From: a virus
Reading direction: 5' to 3' (one strand)
DNA: 64,000 nt
Virus record (IMG/VR): IMGVR_UViG_3300049255_000405
Shown here: positions 59,783 to 64,000 of the stretch, one piece after another
How the letters are laid out: every line of letters begins with the position of its first letter
How positions within the stretch are numbered: the first letter of the stretch is position 1
Translations under genes and position numbers: made by a program
Notes under the pieces: generated by a model
The model's input: the letters and a program-made list of their open reading frames with translations, nothing else
What the model was told of the DNA's origin: nothing
The model's database searches: none

Positions 59783-62523
59783 TAGTGCGCCACCCTTCTC
59801 GGATTGAGCATGTTCCCGGGAACTCGATAGACCGCAGCAGCGCTGTCACTGAGACCGGGCTGCAATCCGATGTTCACGTTCTGGTCGAACTCACCCCAGC
59901 GACTAAAGACGACCATAACGAGAGTGCCCTTCCTCCCGATGCTTCCTACACCGATGCCTCCATTGAAATCGGCTCGCAGTTCCATGAGAACGGGGAACGC
60001 CACTTTGTGCTGCTGCGCCAAAGACATCGACTGACCCCAAATGACGGGCGAGTAAATCGGAGGACTCCCGGAATCGGATCGCGGCCAGAAGTTCCGGTTG
60101 TCACCATCGATTGTCGTGTCTGGCGCGAGCTTGTAGAGCTGCACCTGGCCGGGATCGGGAGAGTATGGGATCATCGCCTGCAACTGCAGATAGCCGGCGT
60201 TGATGCCGAATCCGACAACCGAAATTGCACTCGGGGAATCGAGCCGTGCCTCCGGGTAATCCGATGGTGGTAGCAAACCGATCGGAATTTGAGCGCTGGG
60301 AGAGACATACGGGAACGAATCGTCCGGGCTACCCGATCCTTGAGTGAGCAGGTGAATGGCTTTGGGGATCGCGCGAGCGTAGAGCGGCAACGTGATCGGA
60401 CCACCCGACGGGACCGGAATGGACTGAATCGCTGCAGTGTTGTACCAGATCTGGTACGAATCGTCCGGCGCGGCACCGACCGTAGGAAGAGGACGAAGCG
60501 CTACGAAGGTCGCCTGCACTGGCGTGTTGGCCGAGACAGCGGGGCTCAAAGTTACCTGCGTGTAGTTCGCGTTCACCACGTACGCAGTCGTCGTATACGG
60601 CGGGTTGATACCGTCGTTGATGGATACGGTTCCGGAGAGCTTCTCCGGGATCCAGATAGCCGCACCGGTGGAATCCGCGTAGTACATGTTCGGCCCCTGC
60701 GCAGTCGTGCGAAGACGCGCCGCGACCTCACGATGCCCTGGATTGGCCCACCAGAGGTTGGTCGTGTCAGTCGGAGACCCGGGATTCGTGAGTGCGAACC
60801 GTCCGCCGTCACTCGTTGGCGAAAGCTGAGTGGCGTCTACCCACACCGGTAGACTGGCTGCCGGTGGAGTCCAGAACGCCACCGAATTGAGCATGTTGCG
60901 TTTGGTGCCGTTGTCATTCAAGTATTCTATCCACAGCTCTGCTTGGATCGTGAAGCTCGAGCCAGGGGCTGTGTTGAGGTTGACTGTAACCGTGTCTATT
61001 GGGCCACCGAGCGTGCTGGCAGTCAGAACGACCGACTGCGCGAAGACCGTGTTGGTCAGATCCGTCAGGTCGAGGTCTGTACTCGAGACGAGCATCCGCA
61101 AGGATCCAACACCAGAGATGTTCGTCCCGGCGGGGGCCAAAGCGGCGAGATTCACAGTGCCGGGCGCCAGGTACACAGGTGACAACGCATTGAGGTGAAA
61201 CACCACGGTAGTCGTGGAACCCGTCTGCGACCCGCTCGTGACAGCAATCGACTCGGTAATCGATCTGTCGCTGAAGTTGATACGAACGCCGTCAGAAGTC
61301 CCAATGTGACCAGGCGGGCTCGTGATGTCGTCCTTGTAAAGGAACGAGGTTCCGCCGATGACGTTCGAGATGCCGAAGTCTTGATTGTACTCGAGTTCGG
61401 TAGCGAGTGTGTTGTCGAGAAGGCGTTGGAACGTCTTGTCGAGGACTTCCGTCAGATCCCACGCCACGCCCTTGCGCAGATCGAGAACATCCGACACGAC
61501 GATCTGATCGGCGTACAGGTTGTCGGGTCGACCGGAAACCGCCGATCCCATGAGCCCGGCACCATTGACGTTGGTCATCCTGTCGAACGGTGCGCTATTA
61601 CGACGGAAGACCGCACAAATCGGAACGGCGTACATGTAGCCGTCGACTGTCCCGAGCAGCGCCGCAGAAGGAGAGTCTCCCGTACCAGCTATCCAGAGCC
61701 CAGCGTCTCCGGGCGAAGGCATGTACTGAAACCCCGTGGGAGATCCATCGGGACCCGGAGAAGGGTAAGCGGGGATAGTGTTGGCGACTGCGACAGGGCA
61801 GTCGAGTCCGTCCGGAAAAGCCTGCAGCCATTTGTCCGGAAGATTCGAGATGACTCGATATCTGTACTGGATCTGGACTCGCCTCGCAGTTTCCTCAGCA
61901 AAGGTCGGATCCACGAGGTCGTCCGACAAATTCTGGTTGGGACTGACGTCGGGACTTTTGACGTTGCCGTAGCGCAAAATCTGCCCGGCCTGGCTTTTGT
62001 TCGTCGAGTCCGGGGCCGGCGACACCAAAGCCCTCCAGACCTCGAGAATGACCAGATCGGTGCGTTCTCCGCCAAGAGGCGGAGCCGGAAGAACAACGTA
62101 GTTCGTTCCTTGCACGCCGTAATTGGGCAGCGTCGTGTTGGCTTCGATGGCCGTGAGGTTGAAGTTCACGAGCCAGCCGTTGACGTTCACCGTCGAGGCG
62201 GATAGAGCGAACGTGTTGGCCGTGGTCGAAGACGTCGTGTCAGGCGCTAGAAACGTGTAGTCTCCCGTGACGTTCGAGCGCTCGAGGAAATCTGCGTTGA
62301 GCCATCCCGAAGGGAGAAACTGCTGACTCAGGAGCCGAATGCCGGCCGCCCCAAGGATCGACTGCAGGAGGTTGATCTCCCAGTCGGCGGACGGCTTGTT
62401 CTGCTGGATGACAAGCTGCTCCCACGAGTGGTCCTGGGACGTGTATGCGCCACTCCCGTTCGCAGGTTCCTGGACCTTCTGCGGGTTCTGACTGACGTTC
62501 GGTCCGAGGTTCTCGAATCCCAT
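59782..62523 (-). CDS. Large structural protein (913 aa), paralog of the 1616 aa protein
   Basis: See 45620..50470. Confidence 0.8.
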   Translation of the reverse strand: MGFENLGPNVSQNPQKVQEPANGSGAYTSQDHSWEQLVIQQNKPSADWEINLLQSILGAAGIRLLSQQFLPSGWLNADFLERSNVTGDYTFLAPDTTSSTTANTFALSASTVNVNGWLVNFNLTAIEANTTLPNYGVQGTNYVVLPAPPLGGERTDLVILEVWRALVSPAPDSTNKSQAGQILRYGNVKSPDVSPNQNLSDDLVDPTFAEETARRVQIQYRYRVISNLPDKWLQAFPDGLDCPVAVANTIPAYPSPGPDGSPTGFQYMPSPGDAGLWIAGTGDSPSAALLGTVDGYMYAVPICAVFRRNSAPFDRMTNVNGAGLMGSAVSGRPDNLYADQIVVSDVLDLRKGVAWDLTEVLDKTFQRLLDNTLATELEYNQDFGISNVIGGTSFLYKDDITSPPGHIGTSDGVRINFSDRSITESIAVTSGSQTGSTTTVVFHLNALSPVYLAPGTVNLAALAPAGTNISGVGSLRMLVSSTDLDLTDLTNTVFAQSVVLTASTLGGPIDTVTVNLNTAPGSSFTIQAELWIEYLNDNGTKRNMLNSVAFWTPPAASLPVWVDATQLSPTSDGGRFALTNPGSPTDTTNLWWANPGHREVAARLRTTAQGPNMYYADSTGAAIWIPEKLSGTVSINDGINPPYTTTAYVVNANYTQVTLSPAVSANTPVQATFVALRPLPTVGAAPDDSYQIWYNTAAIQSIPVPSGGPITLPLYARAIPKAIHLLTQGSGSPDDSFPYVSPSAQIPIGLLPPSDYPEARLDSPSAISVVGFGINAGYLQLQAMIPYSPDPGQVQLYKLAPDTTIDGDNRNFWPRSDSGSPPIYSPVIWGQSMSLAQQHKVAFPVLMELRADFNGGIGVGSIGRKGTLVMVVFSRWGEFDQNVNIGLQPGLSDSAAAVYRVPGNMLNPRRVAH

Positions 62524-62559
62524 TCAGGCGCCTACCGTTCAGAGGGAGTGACAAGGAAC

Positions 62560-63177
62560 CTATCGCCGGTACCCTGTCACCGGCATGTTGATGACATCAC
62601 TTTGCTTGTCAGATGTGGCCATGTCGACGAAGAAGACTTGAGCTTCGGTATCCATCGCTCGGGCGATCATCAGCCGGTCGTCCCCGGACACGAGATGTGG
62701 TGTTCCGTCGCCTAGGATAAGAACAATAGGAGCTGCCACAGTCTGCCCCGTAGCGATGGTGTCGAGAGTCGGCTGCAAGTCCATGTCTCGCAGCGCGGCA
62801 CGCTTTTCGGCCTCTTCCATTGACTCGATAGTCCAGGATTCCGAATTGGCGAGCATCGACCAAATCTGCGGCGACAGCTGGCACATGTGTCCGCGCCCAG
62901 CTTTCGACTGGATGTCGGACACGTCGAGTCCGAGGCTCTCGGCCACTTTCTGGAATTTCTCCTGCTCGGCCTCGAGGTCAGGAGTCTTCCACTTGATAGT
63001 CGTCGCACGCTTCTCTTCCCAAATCTTGGCGTAGACGTCGGAGGGGATGTCCTCACGCCAGTATTTCGGTGCCTCTTCCGGAGGCGGCGGTTCGCGACCC
63101 GGCCACCACTGCAGCTCGCGTTTGATCTGCGTGGCAGCAACTCGAGCCGCAATCCTGAGAAGGCGGCTGAGTTCCAT
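62560..63177 (-). CDS. Hypothetical structural-module protein
   Basis: Track ORF; 1-nt overlap with the upstream gene. Confidence 0.5.
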   Translation of the reverse strand: MELSRLLRIAARVAATQIKRELQWWPGREPPPPEEAPKYWREDIPSDVYAKIWEEKRATTIKWKTPDLEAEQEKFQKVAESLGLDVSDIQSKAGRGHMCQLSPQIWSMLANSESWTIESMEEAEKRAALRDMDLQPTLDTIATGQTVAAPIVLILGDGTPHLVSGDDRLMIARAMDTEAQVFFVDMATSDKQSDVINMPVTGYRR

Positions 63178-63833
63178 CAGAAAGTGAGCCTCCAGGTCCA
63201 GGCAAGAGTGCTGGTCGCGGGCTTGTTGATGACAGGAAAGGTCAGGTAGTTGACCAGCGTGTCGAGACCCACGAGGTCGACGGTCGGATCGTAAAGCCCG
63301 TTCGGCGGGAGCACCGGGTTACGGATCGACATGTTCGTCGAAATGTCGCCGCCGAGGAGGCCCATCTCGACGATGGGGCCTACGGCCTCCGACTCGGCAA
63401 ACGTAGTGGTGAAGTCCACGACGTTTGTCGGGACTCCGGCGATCGTTCCGTCCTGGTTGATGAAGTTCGTGTTCTGAATCGCCTTACGAGCCAGCTCGTT
63501 CCAGAGCGACCGCTGTGTGTTGTTGGCTGGCGGCGGGTTCATCGGATTCCAGGAAAGATCTCCTGTTCCGACAGCGAGCGCGAACACGCCGAACGAAGGT
63601 TCCGACTGATGGGCGATGGGAGTGCCGGTGCCCTTCATCAGGCGCGCGATGAGGACGGAGGCGTCCATCGTCACCACGTTCTTGAAATGACCCTTCGTCA
63701 CTTCCCCGGTCTGGGTGTTGCGAAGCTCCCAAAACACCTCGCCGCGGACGCCGCGATATTGGTCGTGTGCGCGGCCCTGGAGCGCGAACCTGGGCAGCGC
63801 ATCCACGGCCTTTTTGACGATATCTCGAAGCAT
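63177..63833 (-). CDS. Hypothetical structural-module protein (start at internal ATG with AAGGAG RBS)
   Basis: AAGGAG 6 nt upstream of ATG 63833; the N-terminal extension in the track is Arg/Gly-rich artefact. Confidence 0.5.
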   Translation of the reverse strand: MLRDIVKKAVDALPRFALQGRAHDQYRGVRGEVFWELRNTQTGEVTKGHFKNVVTMDASVLIARLMKGTGTPIAHQSEPSFGVFALAVGTGDLSWNPMNPPPANNTQRSLWNELARKAIQNTNFINQDGTIAGVPTNVVDFTTTFAESEAVGPIVEMGLLGGDISTNMSIRNPVLPPNGLYDPTVDLVGLDTLVNYLTFPVINKPATSTLAWTWRLTF

Positions 63834-63865
63834 TCCGGGCTCCTTGAACTTGGTGATCGTACCGG

Positions 63866-64000
63866 TCAGTAAAGGATGATTGTTTGCTTCCCGGTCGGCA
63901 CGTCGGTGAGCACCCCCGTGGCGTCTGCCTGAGTCGTCTTGAGCTGAACGAAAGGTGCCTGCGAAGGGCCGGCGTTCCACGAATTCCAGACAGGGAGGTA
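63866..64000 (-). CDS. 3' end of a gene continuing beyond the window (...VPTGKQTIILY*)
   Basis: Open frame to the window edge ending at TGA 63866; not in the track because under 60 aa. Confidence 0.25.
   Translation of the reverse strand, partial: YLPVWNSWNAGPSQAPFVQLKTTQADATGVLTDVPTGKQTIILY

Noticed and set aside
1-64000. CRISPR arrays, rRNA genes, integrase/transposase, capsid/portal/terminase genes
   Set aside because: No direct-repeat/spacer arrays, no rRNA-like stretches, and no tyrosine/serine recombinase, DDE, portal or terminase ATPase motifs were recognised in any frame. The head and packaging module must lie outside this window.

Overview
High-GC window (about 60-65% GC overall; the tail-fibre region and a few islands are lower) that reads as part of a large tailed dsDNA phage or prophage of a Gram-negative, high-GC host. 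Gene organisation is prokaryotic, with Shine-Dalgarno sites, lipoboxes and many ATGA/TGATG start-stop overlaps. No capsid, portal, terminase, sheath, integrase, rRNA or CRISPR is visible in the window. Left third (1-24.5 kb), mostly + strand: a recombination module (RuvC-like resolvase, RecA/UvsX-like recombinase, half of a Rad50/SbcC-like ATPase ending in a CxxC hook) and auxiliary metabolism (AdoMetDC, CN-hydrolase, pyroglutamyl peptidase, HD 5'-nucleotidase, MazG, dCTP deaminase, CYTH). Also there: an FtsH-type M41 peptidase domain without an AAA module, an HNH endonuclease in an AT-rich island, a J-domain protein, a histone H1-like KAP-repeat protein followed by a tRNA-like cloverleaf without an acceptor stem, and a sigma-70-family factor with a divergent promoter region. 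Middle (24.7-40.4 kb), mostly - strand: family A DNA polymerase with 3'-5' exo domain and an unusual C-terminal extension, full-length DnaJ, primase-type CHC2 zinc finger, DnaB-like helicase, SNF2 helicase, and a lysis-like cassette (membrane protein, N-terminal-TM protein, papain-like C1 peptidase, proline-rich lipoprotein). Most striking is a full-length homologue of the eukaryotic major vault protein (894 aa), with a strong RBS and a terminator. Right third (41-64 kb), all - strand: structural/tail-fibre module with two giant paralogous proteins (1616 and 913 aa), a 1288 aa protein, three tandem ~140 aa paralogs, three fibre paralogs sharing an N-terminal anchor domain but carrying different C-terminal beta-propeller or LamG-like domains, and further fibre-like proteins. 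Many long antisense or alternate-frame ORFs in the track are high-GC artefacts.
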